Source: Azolla caroliniana (Eukaryota; Plantae; Polypodiophyta). From it: a DNA stretch of 64,000 bases. Numbering within the stretch: the first letter of the stretch is position 1; the number at the start of each line of letters is the position of its first letter. The translations under genes and the position numbers were made by a program. The stretch lies in assembly GCA_043228905.1 (NCBI GenBank), contig JBHGNT010000002.1, positions 26,722,001 through 26,786,000 of the forward strand. The letters are read 5' to 3'. Below, in pieces: positions 1 to 11,205 of the stretch. The notes beneath the pieces were generated by a model that saw only the letters and a list, made by a program, of their open reading frames with translations, had not been told where the DNA came from and did no database searches.

Positions 1-1565
1 TTCCATGTTTGTATCATATCAAAATTACCTTGTGGGGAGTTTCCAAGGTTCCATATCTTTTGTACTCAGGTTTTTTCATATCATCGTGACTTATGTTTAA
101 TGCATAAAATCCATGGCATGCCGTATCACTTGTATGGAAACACAAACACACACTTTCCTCAAAAGGTTGATGTTCACTCTCATGGCAAACCAAGACTTCC
201 AACATCATTTTGCCCCTAACGAGGACTAACCAAAGCATAACTTCTTTGTTGGGTTCTCAATTAATGTATCTCAAAAAGCATTGCATCTATGCCCCTTCAA
301 TCGTCGGGGAGATATTGTACGGTCGAAGGTAATGTTGCATGTGATTCTCTGCCCCAATTTAAACAATATTTCGTTAAAGAGGGGGGGAAGGGGGACGGAA
401 AAAGCCATCTTGGTGGAGGATATCTCCACTCTATTCTCTCTCCAAAAGAGGTGAAGACCTCTACCTTTTTCCAAATTTCTCGAAATTGTTGTTGTTTACG
501 AATCACAACATTAGGCTCACTAGTTATTGCCTCATAGTGACCTCTTAGAGTAAGTAGGAGCATTAACCATATCTCCTTGACAACATCAACCGCATTCTAT
601 TTGACTTTATGAAATATACATTTACATTTAGTCTTCTACAATACCCAAACTACTAAAGAAGATATCGTAGACCAAACCTTGTCCCCTTCCAAACAACGGA
701 TTGTTGTAGTATAAGAGACCTCCAATACATGTCTTCCATTGGAGAGGAGAAGAAAATTAACATACTCCTTTTCATAATTCTATATTTCTTCAGCCAATCT
801 TCCCCATCTCACTAAACCCCATGTGTACACATGTAAATACCATAAATAGGATATAGAATTCTGAATATTCTTTTCCGGATTGCTCTAGCAATAGGACATA
901 TCCATAAAACATGGTGAACCGATTCAATGGGAGAACCACAACTATTACATTTTAAATCATGGCAATGCCCCCGCATCCAGGCCTTCACAGGAATGCCATA
1001 ATGTATCAACAACCATCTAAATAATACAACTTCTTTAGGAATTTGCATGGCCCATAGCCATTTCAAATAAGCATCCAACCAAGAGTCTTGTACATTACTA
1101 GACCTCCAAAATTTACAAGTTGTTGGCATACTAGCCACACCCCTCCTTACAACCATCTAAATAATACAACTTTTTTAGGAATTTGCGTGGCCCATAGCCA
1201 TTTCCAATAAGAATCCAACCAAGAGTCTTGTACATTACCAAACCTCCAAAATTTACAAGCTATTGGCATAACAGCCACACCCCTCCATTAGCAATTCTCT
1301 ACCCATTTTTACCGAGCTTTGAAAAAATGGGATTCGCTTCTTACCTAGCATTCCTTGTGCTGATATGATTTGCCATTTCCATTCATCGAGATCCCACAAA
1401 AGGTGATCAATTGGCTTATTCTCATAGACCCACAATTCAAAGAGATTGTTAATATCATTTGGATGTGGATTCAACATCCAATGAATAGGCAACATACTCA
1501 CTTGAGTTACAACTTCGTCTTCCATGAAGAGAGAATGAAGCTGTCTAGAAGGCAAAACATTGAAG
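1..1565 (-). mobile_element. L1-type LINE remnant, 3' part of ORF2 (zf-RVT region), degraded
   Basis: ORF 812-1156 contains KWLWAMQIPKEVVLFRWLLIH...CNSCGSPIESVHHVLWICP, a typical LINE zf-RVT (C..C...E...H....C) motif. Reading frames are broken. Confidence 0.75.
1011..1286. repeat. Tandem duplication, period ~140 bp, inside LINE remnant
   Basis: aaccatctaaataatacaactt...gccacacccctcc occurs at 1011-1146 and again at 1151-1286. Confidence 0.9.
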
Positions 1566-2069
1566 TGTTTATGGGTGGGGGTGGAGTCATTCTCCCATGG
1601 GGGTTGAGCGTGAGGGGAGAGCAAGAGAGAGAGAAAGCAACAGAGCACGAGAGACGGACACAAATTTGGAGGGAAACTTTTTCTATTTCTTTTCATTCCT
1701 TTGGAGGGTTTATATATGTACAAGAGGTAACCGTTACAAATTAAGAACGTTAGGGTAGCTCCTATTGTAGGTTTTGGGTTAGGGTTAATGGTAATGATGA
1801 TTGGTGATGGAGATGGTGTGTTTAATGAGGATGATGAGCGTTATGGGATTGATGGTGAGAGAGACGACAAGCATTGAGAAGCATTGTGGGGTGGGGGGTG
1901 GTGCCTAGAATGGCTCCACCCCCCTCCCAAGGGGGTTCAACGTTAAGGGGGAGGGAAAAGAGAGAGAAATGACAAGAGAGAGATTGAGAGAGAAAATGAT
2001 CATTGTATTCATTCATTCCCCATAAGGGGTTAAATAGGTACAAAAGGGTAGATACACAAGGGTGTAAGG

Positions 2070-3014
2070 TGTTGGAAGACAGGTCCCTCCGGATGGGAAG
2101 GGAGAAGAACAGTGCCGATGAACGAACTCGGCCGAGGCCAATAGGCCGAGGCCGAAACCGTATGAGGAGGACCCGGCTACGGAGAGCCGGATGATACAGA
2201 CCCGGTGAAGACCGGATGAGGAGTACCCGGCTACGGAGAGCCGGATGATACAGACCCGGTGAAGACCGGATGAGGAGTACCCAGCTACGGAGAGCCGGAT
2301 GATACAGACCCGGTGAAGACCGTATGAGGAGGACCCGGCTACGGAGAGCCGGATGATACAGACCCGGTGAAGACCGGATGAGGAGTACCCGGCTACGGAG
2401 ATCCGGATGATACAGACCCGGTGAAGATCGGATGAGGAGTACCCGGCTACGGAGAGCCGAATGATACATACCCGGTGAAGACCGGATGAGGAGTACCCGG
2501 CTACGGAGAGCCGGATGGTGCAGACCCGGTATGAACCGGATAAAGAGACATATTCGTAAATATGTTTTCTGAGAGTTCATCGAGGCTATATTTGTAAATA
2601 GCCGAAAAGTCATATTAGTATAAATATGACTTAGGGCAAACTTTTAGTATCTGTTGTTGTTGTTGTTGTTGTTGTCAATTTTGTTTGTGCAAGAAATAGA
2701 GAGAGCGCGTAACTATGTATAGAGAGAGAGAGAGAAAGAGGTCATTGCCTCTATTGTAACCGCCGCCTGTGGCGAAGATCTGTGAGCACGAGATCGGTGC
2801 CTCAGTGAACTCACTGTTGTATATTCTTACATAGTGACAATTTGCAGCCCGTGGGCTGCCGTGGTTTTTCCCCTAGTTTGGGGTTTTCCACGTAAACATC
2901 CTGTCTACTTGTTTTCTCTCCTTTGTGTCGTGCATTTGTTTCCCGTTTTCTGTGTATGAAAAGAATCTCGGTTGTGGCCGAGCGTTGGACATAAGGAGCC
3001 TTGAGTTCCTGTCA
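2070..3014 (+). mobile_element. Solo LTR (~945 bp), probably Ty1/copia
   Basis: tgttgg...tgtca with perfect TSD taagg (2065-2069, 3015-3019). Carries a TATA-like tataaata near 2620 and gtggtttttccc...gggttttccacgtaaa, a motif common in plant copia LTRs. Confidence 0.75.
2150..2540. repeat. 54-bp tandem repeat, ~7 copies, in LTR U3
   Basis: Unit gaagaccggatgaggagtacccggctacggagagccggatgatacagacccggt, seen as the 18-aa repeat LLIRSSPGLYHPALRSRV in the ORF track. Confidence 0.95.
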
Positions 3015-3362
3015 TAAGGCCTTTGGCCATTCACACCTAGTCACAAACTCACACCTCTTTGTATCCACCACATTCACACTCATAATCGTATAACATTACA
3101 CATACACATTACATCTTTCACCCTCACTTATCACACTTATCAATCACACGTACGTCTTGTACGGTAACAACTCCATAACTTTCTCACCATTTACATATTT
3201 TCTCATAGGTGTACACATGCACACAAATGTGCTTGTGTTCACATACTCATATTCATCCTCACACTCACACTCACACTCACACTCATATACATTACACATA
3301 CATAACAACCACTCTATCGTCTTTCACCCTGGTACCTCCCTGTACATCTCCTACGGGTAACA

Positions 3363-4230
3363 CGAAGTAAAGGCATTCATGAGAGTTTTTATAACCCTTG
3401 ACCCCCAACAAGACATGTAAGGATGAAAATATACCATACCAACATAGACTAGTTTGAGAAGGCTGAAAGGAAGACATCATAAACACTCTATCCAGTTTTG
3501 CAGCATACATAATGTTCCCTCCCCAAATTGTTCTACAAACATGGGTTTTATTTTCCATCATCAAAGAAGACAAAGTGATCCAATTCCCCACCGACTCAAC
3601 TTCACCTCTATCAAAATCAGCCCACTTCAACCTAGTTCTCTTCCCTAACATTACCCCCTCCTTTGATGTACTGATATCAAAATCAATATGAGGGGTTGGT
3701 GCAACCATTCCTTTGTACATGATGGTAGATATTGGACTAAGTTATGTTTCAAATACCACCATGCCTTCATGATACCCCTAAAAAACTTATCATGGCGAAA
3801 AATATCAATGGAAAGACTAAAATATCTTAAAAACCACCATCTAATACCATCTTTCCAATTGCTACCTGTAGAAGGCATAACCTTAACCATTCTTTGCCTT
3901 AAGTTTTTTTTCCAAGGCTCCCCACCAGCCAACAAACCTCTTAGAATAAATTTTCCCAAAAAAGCCTTACATTTTTAAAGAGGATCAATCAATCCAAGAC
4001 CACCCTCATCCTTTGGAGTTATAATAACTTTCCAAGATAGCTTGGCTCTCACATATGAACAATCTTTAGATCCCAAAAGGAAATTCCTAATAAGCCTTTG
4101 TACTTGTGATCAAACTGAATGTGAGCACAACCAAGCCGATAAAATGTACCACATGGAAGCCAAGAATACTTGATTGGCAACAACAACCCTACCTGCCAAT
4201 GACAATTTAGTAGTATTCCAATATAACAAT
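3363..4230 (-). mobile_element. LINE ORF2 remnant (post-RT region), continuation of the 1-1565 element
   Basis: Minus strand around 4040-3970 reads like the LINE motif SWKVIITPKDEGGLGLID. ORF 3651-3959 has LRGLLAGGEPWK...IMKAWWYLK...LHQPL. Confidence 0.7.
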
Positions 4231-5134
4231 TGTTCATTATATAACTTTCATGAGCTCTCATTTTCGATAAAAATAGTATTATCTCTTTTTAAGATAAACT
4301 TATCCTTATCCTTGCATGGGCTCTTGGTTTCGGCAAAAGTATGTCAACGTATTTAGAGGTGGACAAAATTTCATCAAAGCGTGGGCACTTTAATGCAAAA
4401 AATATTGAACCCGACAATGGGCTCTTTCATTATATAACTTAATTCATGAGCTCTTTCATGAGATAAAAATAGTATTCATGATCTCTTATTAGCATACACA
4501 TGTCCTTATCCTTGCAAGGGCACTTAGTTCCAATAAAAGGTATGTTAACGTAGTTATAGTACACTTCCTTGTTATTACTTATGCATTGTACTTCATCATT
4601 TTCCCTTCATTTCCTTTATGAAAATTGTGAGCCATTGCCCTTTCATTACCAAATTTTGGCTCTTTCCATTACAACTAAATTTCATTATTGTCTTAAATCT
4701 TCCTCTCTCAATGATCAATTTGACCAAAATCCCAACATATCATAAAACTTAATTTACTTGCGCTTTTCTCCCTTTGCACATACTACACTACAATTTCAAA
4801 TCCCACGAAACACATTGTTTGGCATGTGGTGGAAAGGTGGAGAACCCATCCTCCTTTTCTTCGTTCCCAAATCCCTCGTCTTTATCTTTATCTTTATCTT
4901 TATTTTCATCTTTGTTGGAAGCTTGCACCTCTTTCGAATGCTTCTTGGAAATTTTGACTCTATGCCCTATAAGAGTCATCACTAGTATTGTTTAATCAAG
5001 TTTAACCAAGTGGTGCATGGCATTATCATTCATCCTAATTAATACATATGAACCAAACCACTGCATTGCAAACTTCCATAATGAGTTGTGTTTATTGCCA
5101 AGGCTATTGTCGTAAACCAATACTCAGTCCCCTT

Positions 5135-5493
5135 TGTTGATGGGTGGGGGGTGGAGCCGTTCTAAGGGGGTTCAAATGTGAGAGGAGAGAGGGAGAGAGA
5201 CACATAGAGAATGAGAGGGAAAATCGAGACAGACACAAGTTGAGGGGTAACTTCACTATATTTCTCCTTCTTTTCATGCCCCATGGGTGGGGTTTTATAT
5301 AGTACAAGATCTTATCAAGACATTACAAAAAGCCAAATGGGGGTAGTTACACCTACTTAACCCACTCTTGTACATATGCACACAAAAGCCAAATGTGCAT
5401 GTGTACACACACACTCTCTTCCTCACACATTACACATTAACATTTCATGTTACACATTACATCTTAACCCTCCCATACACTATACAGGCAACA
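5135..5493. mobile_element. Solo LTR (359 bp)
   Basis: tgttg...caaca inverted termini with perfect 5-bp TSD ccctt (5130-5134, 5494-5498). Confidence 0.85.
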
Positions 5494-6680
5494 CCCTTCC
5501 TCATTTTTCTCGGACAAGGACAATGTATCCCTCCATGCTACGTATAGTGGACAATAGATAAACTAGTTCCTAGAAGTTTGAAAAACACTATATTGTCACA
5601 TCGAACCACCCAACATTCCTTTGTTCATCCCCTCTCCCATCACACCCCAAATCATCATACCATTATCAAGACTAACAACAATGTCAACAAACTAGTACGG
5701 CAATCCAAGATCGATAGTTCACATATGATGACTACAATGAAACAACATCATAATCCCCCACCAACATCACCATATGAAATGCTTGTTTAGATGCCAAATG
5801 TGAATGACAATGCTCATTAGAACCTCTTGAACAATATTGCAACAACAATAAAAAACAATCATAGAATAGACTTAAGCAAGCTTTCATCTATATCCCAAGT
5901 TCCAACTTTCTACAACATTGCATGTGTCATGAATAAGAAGTTCCATCCAGGGTAAATAAATTCTCTCAAACAAATGATATGCTCTGAAACATTGGACTAC
6001 CTCCACGTGCCCTTTCAATATCTTTAATGAACTACCTCTCAAGTACCCTATACCCATAGAGCACCTAACCCAAACACACCCACTGCCACCCATTGCAACC
6101 GACTAGCCCAACCCTCTTCCCCTAAACCTCCATCCCCCTCACCTAACCAATATCCTCGATTCCATCCTCACACCCAACGCCCCCATTTCTAATCCATTCT
6201 ACACAAACACCCAAACACGGCCCATTACCACCCTACATACCACTAGCTCAACCCTCACCAACCTTTACACATCTAGCCAACAATAGTCTGATGTTATCTA
6301 ATTAGCCCCATAGATATCGGATCTAGGCCATTTAGGTAGGGTTAACTAGAAAAATGTGACGTAAGTCCTAAACTTCCCCACGTTGAGGTAGGATATAGAA
6401 TATCTTTACATTTTTATTTTTACTTTTATTATTATTATTATTATTTTCAAAAGAACATATCCTTCCATTAGTTTTAAAAAGCATATCAGCTACAAAATAC
6501 AAGATAGATGGAAAGGAAGTGACTATCCTTACCAAGCTCATGTTGTGTAAGATAATGTCTAGCCATGAATCCTTTGTTTGATAGATTTGATTGAGCACTC
6601 CTCAAATTTCCCATTCTCGGCATATCCTGCAATTAGTGCAATCCAAGAGACTTGTTCCTAGACTGAAAGCCTATTAAATA

Positions 6681-7070
6681 CTACTTGTGCCTCAGGTCCA
6701 AGTGACCCACCAATTTAGCATACATATCTATTAATGTATTGTCAATGAAATAATATCTTTCAACAACTTTTTGTACAATTTCCTTGTGAATTTCATGGCC
6801 TGCTAATGTAGCTTTAATGCTACCACATGCTTTCAGGCAGCAAACAAGTGCGATGGTATTTGGAGGGATGCCCAATCTTTGCATTTGCTCAAAGAGGGAG
6901 AGATATCCATGTTCCACATATCTTGCAATCAATATATTCCATGAAATTGCATATTTTATGGGAAGATCATTGAAGATTTCATGTGTTGTTGAGAAAACCA
7001 CATTTGGCATACATATCCACTAAGGTATTGGCAATGAAGGTCTCAGTCTATAACCCTTTCTTCATAATAT
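6681..7070 (-). pseudogene. PLS-class pentatricopeptide repeat (PPR) gene fragment
   Basis: IFNDLPIKYAISWNILIARYVEHG...LFEQMQRLGIPPNTIALVCCLKACG...EIH...NTLIDMYAK are P/L/S PPR motifs. Only ~3 repeats remain, with internal deletions. Confidence 0.8.
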
Positions 7071-7084
7071 CGTCATATAATACA

Positions 7085-9332
7085 CTACCTTGATTGATGT
7101 CGCCGACCAAACCGGAACTCGATCGGCCGAGACCGATCCGGGCGAAGGCTAAGTCGGCATGATTGGAGGTCGAGGCGAACGAGCCACAACACCCGGTGGG
7201 AGCCGGTGAGCACAAGAAGGAGGCCAAGCATGCACAAGGAGTACGACTCGGTGGGAGGCCAAGTGCGAGAGGAGCCCTCCACATCTATCCTTGAGACTTT
7301 GGCAGTTGCGGATCGACGTAAGACCAAAGAGACGGTGGGTGGCGGCGAGGTGTCGGAGACCGGAACATACGAGGCTACCGGAACGTGTACCCGGTGCGTG
7401 AAGACGGACAAGCATGGCCAAGAGGGCCAAATGGAGACGGAAGAGTGTACGGCAACGAAGGACGAAGAGACCGACGCGGAGGTCGGGTCTACGGTGGATG
7501 AGGTGCGTAATACGAAGTATGCACTACGGCGTAAAACGGAGCATGCACTACGGCCGGCGAAGGGCCAAGAAGCAAGCATGCAGCCGGAAGAGCGGCAACG
7601 AGTGACCGGCAACAGCGGACCGGTCAAGCCTTTGAGAGGCAAGCACGCTGCAAGAGACGGAGCGGTGAGTTGCCGGGATCGGCGGATGAACGACGAAAGC
7701 GGAGGATGGTGCGCGGAGAGCAAAGAGTTATGCACCGGGGAGAAACAAAGCGGCGTCCCGGAGGACATGCGGGGCCAAGCGGGCCAAGAGGATGCGAGTC
7801 GGGATGAAGCGGTAATGAGAGCTGCGAAGAACCCCGACACGAAGGTCGGGATGACGATACGCTCTACTACAAGAGAGCATGGAGAGCAAGGGAGAATCGA
7901 GGTGCACGTAATGGGGTCACCTAAGGAGCAAAGAATGAGGTGCATTCGGAGGAGCCGCAACAAGTGACCGATGATGACGGTCGGAGGAAGCCTTCGAGAG
8001 GCAAGCGCGGGACGACAGACGGCGCAACGAGACGCCAAGACCGACGGAACGAGACGAGCGTGATCGGCATGAACGAAGGATTGTGTCTGGGAAAACGGAG
8101 GAGATGCATGGAGAACGGAGGGTCAAATGGGGCATCCTGATGGATGTGTGCGGCCGAGCGGGCCAGGCGGACCAAGAGGGTGTACCTCGGGGCGAAGCGG
8201 CAACATCGGAGGTTGCGGAGGACACCGAAGACGAGAGCACCGACACGGATGTCGGGGAAGCAAGGTACCTTTTCGAAAGGGTAGGCAGAGCGGAGCAGAG
8301 TGCGAGACATGCGATGTGGCCGCGTAAGGGCCGAGCGATGAGCACGAGGATGATCGACGACGAAGTTCAACGCGCGACAGTGCTGAGTCGAGGAAGCGGC
8401 CGAGGCAAGACATGCGTGGACGAAGAGCACACGGTGTGATATTCGGCAAACAATCGGGAAGAACAAGGATTCGGTCCAAGGTCGCGCACGGAAAACGAAG
8501 GAAGACAAAGAGAGGTTTGCGAAGACCGGGTCTGGCGGACCGGGCGGAGACAATGGTTCAGCGAACTCCGTCGAGTATGGTGGATCGGATGGAGCCGACA
8601 ATTCGAGAGCATACAATGGATATGGCGGACCGGGAGGCTACGGTGGTCCATGTGGGATGGATGGGCTTGCTCGAAGTGGAAGACGAAGTCGGGCAAAGCT
8701 GTCAAAGACGCTAAGGACTCGGTTGATCGCCATGGCCGAAAATCTCACCTCTTTCCCCTTTTTGGCACATGCCGGTGGATGTGCGGTTTTGGAGGGGGTG
8801 GATGTCGTGAAGATTTTCGTCCATAGGGGGAAACTGGGGTAGAATGGGCAAGTTGGTGGTGTGCAACATGTGCACATATATACTAGGAAATGGTGTGTAG
8901 AAATAAGAGGGGAAATTTTATCCCACATTGTAAGGTCCCTCTCTACTTGGGCTATAAAAGGAAGGGAGGGGTCACTTATGAAGGGGTTGCCCATTTTGCG
9001 TATGAGAGGTATACCACTTAGTCTAGAGTTCTTACCGTTTTAGGGTTAGGGTTTTGTTTAGGGTTTTCCTTATTCACCTTCGGTTAGGGTTTTCTCATAG
9101 TCATTTGGTGCGGCCCATGTGGCCACCATTGTTGTAATCATTCGTTTGTTTTAATATATCTTGTTGAGTGTCTTACCTCCGCCGATCGCTCCTTCTATGT
9201 GGTGATCTTATTCTTTCTTCTTCTCCTCTTGAGCTAAGCTTCCAGACATATCTTATTCTTTCTCCTCTACTCCCTAGTCCGAGACCCCCGTCGTCCCGCC
9301 CCTTCTACACGCGAACACGAAACTTCGCGACA
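7085..9332 (+). mobile_element. 3' portion of a Ty3/gypsy-family LTR element (GC-rich, no recognisable pol), with PPT and 3' LTR 8803-9332
   Basis: PPT ggagggggtgga (8791-8802) directly precedes the LTR tgtcgtgaag...cgcgaca. The LTR is clearly homologous to 11206-11707 and is followed by ccgt. Confidence 0.8.
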
Positions 9333-11205
9333 CCGTGCAGGTAATAGCTCCTCCCGGCTCATCTTGTTGTTCCAGTCCACCGTTGTCGAGGTATTCCTCG
9401 CGGATGCGTGGAATGAGGCGGGGTCTCGGGGGTCTTGTACCGAAGAGCAGGAGACAAAGGAGAAGGGAAGGGACCCACTACGTGTGGGCGTAGATTCACA
9501 GGGACACGGCCCTTCGACACAAAGACGCAAGTGGGACACCGACGCAGAGAGACACGAATGTATGTATATATATATTAACAAGGGCAAACAACAAGAAGCG
9601 CGAAGTCGGTTACAACCGAACAGGCCGTCGAACAGATGTCGATGCCTGTTCGTAAACGCTCAGAAAGAAAGGAGTAGGTTGGAGGTGCTGCCGAAAGCAC
9701 TCAGGCATTCCTCAGAGCAGCGCGAGCCTCCCGAAAACCTGCACAGGAAGAAGCTACAGAGTATGGAAGAGAGAGAAGCCTTCGGCCGACAACCCGACAA
9801 CACTTCGTCCTCTCTAACCGCGATCCCCTTCCTCTTCCCCGCCTCCCTCCTTTTATAGGCAAGAAAGGAGTCGTTTCCTATTAACTTCCTACCTACCGAA
9901 TCTACCTACCTAGGATCTTCTATGTACCTAATTCTCTCTTATGTACAACATAAGACGTACGTGCATGAAGAGCCGGTTCATACGCTCCGGTGCACCGATT
10001 CCGCTTGTGGACGGTTTTCTTCACGACACCGTGGCCCATGAGGAGATTGTCTGATCTGTTGGCATGATCGGCTTCTGGCTATACATTAGCTCTGCCGGCA
10101 TGAACCCGGTTACTGAACTATGCGTAGTTTGGTCCACCCACAACGCATAGGGTAAGAGCCGCGGCCAGTTCCCGACATGGCCTCCACACGCCCGTACCAA
10201 TGCTTTGACGATGGGTCCGTGTCCGCGCTCCACCTTCACGTTAGCCTTTGGATTGTACGTCGTGGTGAGAGAGAGTTTAATTCCTAGCTGGTCAAACAAC
10301 TCTTCCACCTCTTGCGCGTCCAATTCCCCGCGGTTGGCCACGATCCTACCTACGCACCCGTACCGGCATACCACTTCTTCGATTAGAAATTGGCACACGG
10401 CCCCGGTCGTTTTGCTCTACAATGCTCGGCCTTCCACCTGGTTCGTCAGGTCCTCCCGAGCCAGCACCAGATACCGCATCTGCCCTACCCCCATCAGCAT
10501 CGTCACCAGATCCACCATCCACTTGAAGTGGATGGTCGGAGGGTAGGTCGGGTGGAGCTCGTCCCGATGTTGGACTATGGAGTGCACCTGACAGCTTTCG
10601 CAAGTCGTCACGAACCGATGCACGTCCCGGTATAGTCCCGGCCACTAGTACTTCCCCTTTAGCTTCTCGAATGTGGCCCACGTCCCGTGGTGTCCGGCCC
10701 AGGGACTCTCGTGGTACGCCGTCAACAATTCTTCTTGTTCCTCTTTCTTCACCATCACTCGGAGCGGGATGCCCTCTCTCTTCTTTGGGTGCTTCCATAT
10801 GCTTCCATCCCATAGAAAGAATTCGTACGCTTTCTTCTGAATCCGGTTGGCCTCTTCCTTCGTCCATGCCGCGTCCGGTGTCATTGCCTTCAGGAACCCG
10901 CCGATCTGGAGCCACTCCCCGTCATACTTGCTCTCGTCGAATTCGTTAAGCGCCGGACTGCTCCCCTTTCTTGTTGTTACGTTGGTTGACCCGAAGAAAT
11001 CCTCGTCGACTTCCTCGTTATCCGAAACCATGCCATCCTGGTCATTGAACTGCGCCCTTGAAAGCATATCGGTTATGGCATTATCTTTCCCGAAGATGTG
11101 TCGTATCTCCGGGTTCAGGGACTTGATGTATGCGATCCACTTGAGCATCACCAGGTCTAGGGTCGCACATCCGGAGATCATACCTAGAATCGGTAGGCAG
11201 TCCGT
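9333..11205 (-). mobile_element. Ty3/gypsy pol fragment (RNase H end, integrase), frameshifted, host of nested insertions
   Basis: TDCLPILGM...WIAYIKSLNPEIRHIFGKDN..DMLSR (RNase H), YHESPWAGH...CESCQ (integrase HHCC), WMVDLV...AREDLTNQVEGRAL...YNPKANVKVERGH (integrase core). Confidence 0.9.
9384..10028 (-). mobile_element. Solo LTR (645 bp) inserted in integrase, 4-bp TSD ccgt
   Basis: Minus strand reads tgtcgtgaag...cctcgaca, with ccgt at 9380-9383 and 10029-10032. The integrase frame rejoins as ISSWAT|VDWNNKMSREELL. Confidence 0.85.

Larger units (their letters stand above)
1566..3362. mobile_element. LTR-derived insertion (TG...CA) splitting the LINE, with further nested LTRs
   Basis: Starts tgtttatggg and ends ggtaaca. 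Flanks tgaag/cgaag form a 5-bp TSD with one transition. LINE sequence rejoins across it (minus ECLYF|NVLPSRQ). Resembles the solo LTR at 5135. Confidence 0.65.

Noticed and set aside
1822-2613. 263-aa ORF with 18-aa repeats as a repeat protein
   Set aside because: It is the antisense translation of the 54-bp LTR tandem array.
7085-8616. 317-aa and 231-aa minus-strand ORFs as host genes
   Set aside because: GC-rich retroelement interior with no domain motifs. Long frames are expected by chance at this GC content.
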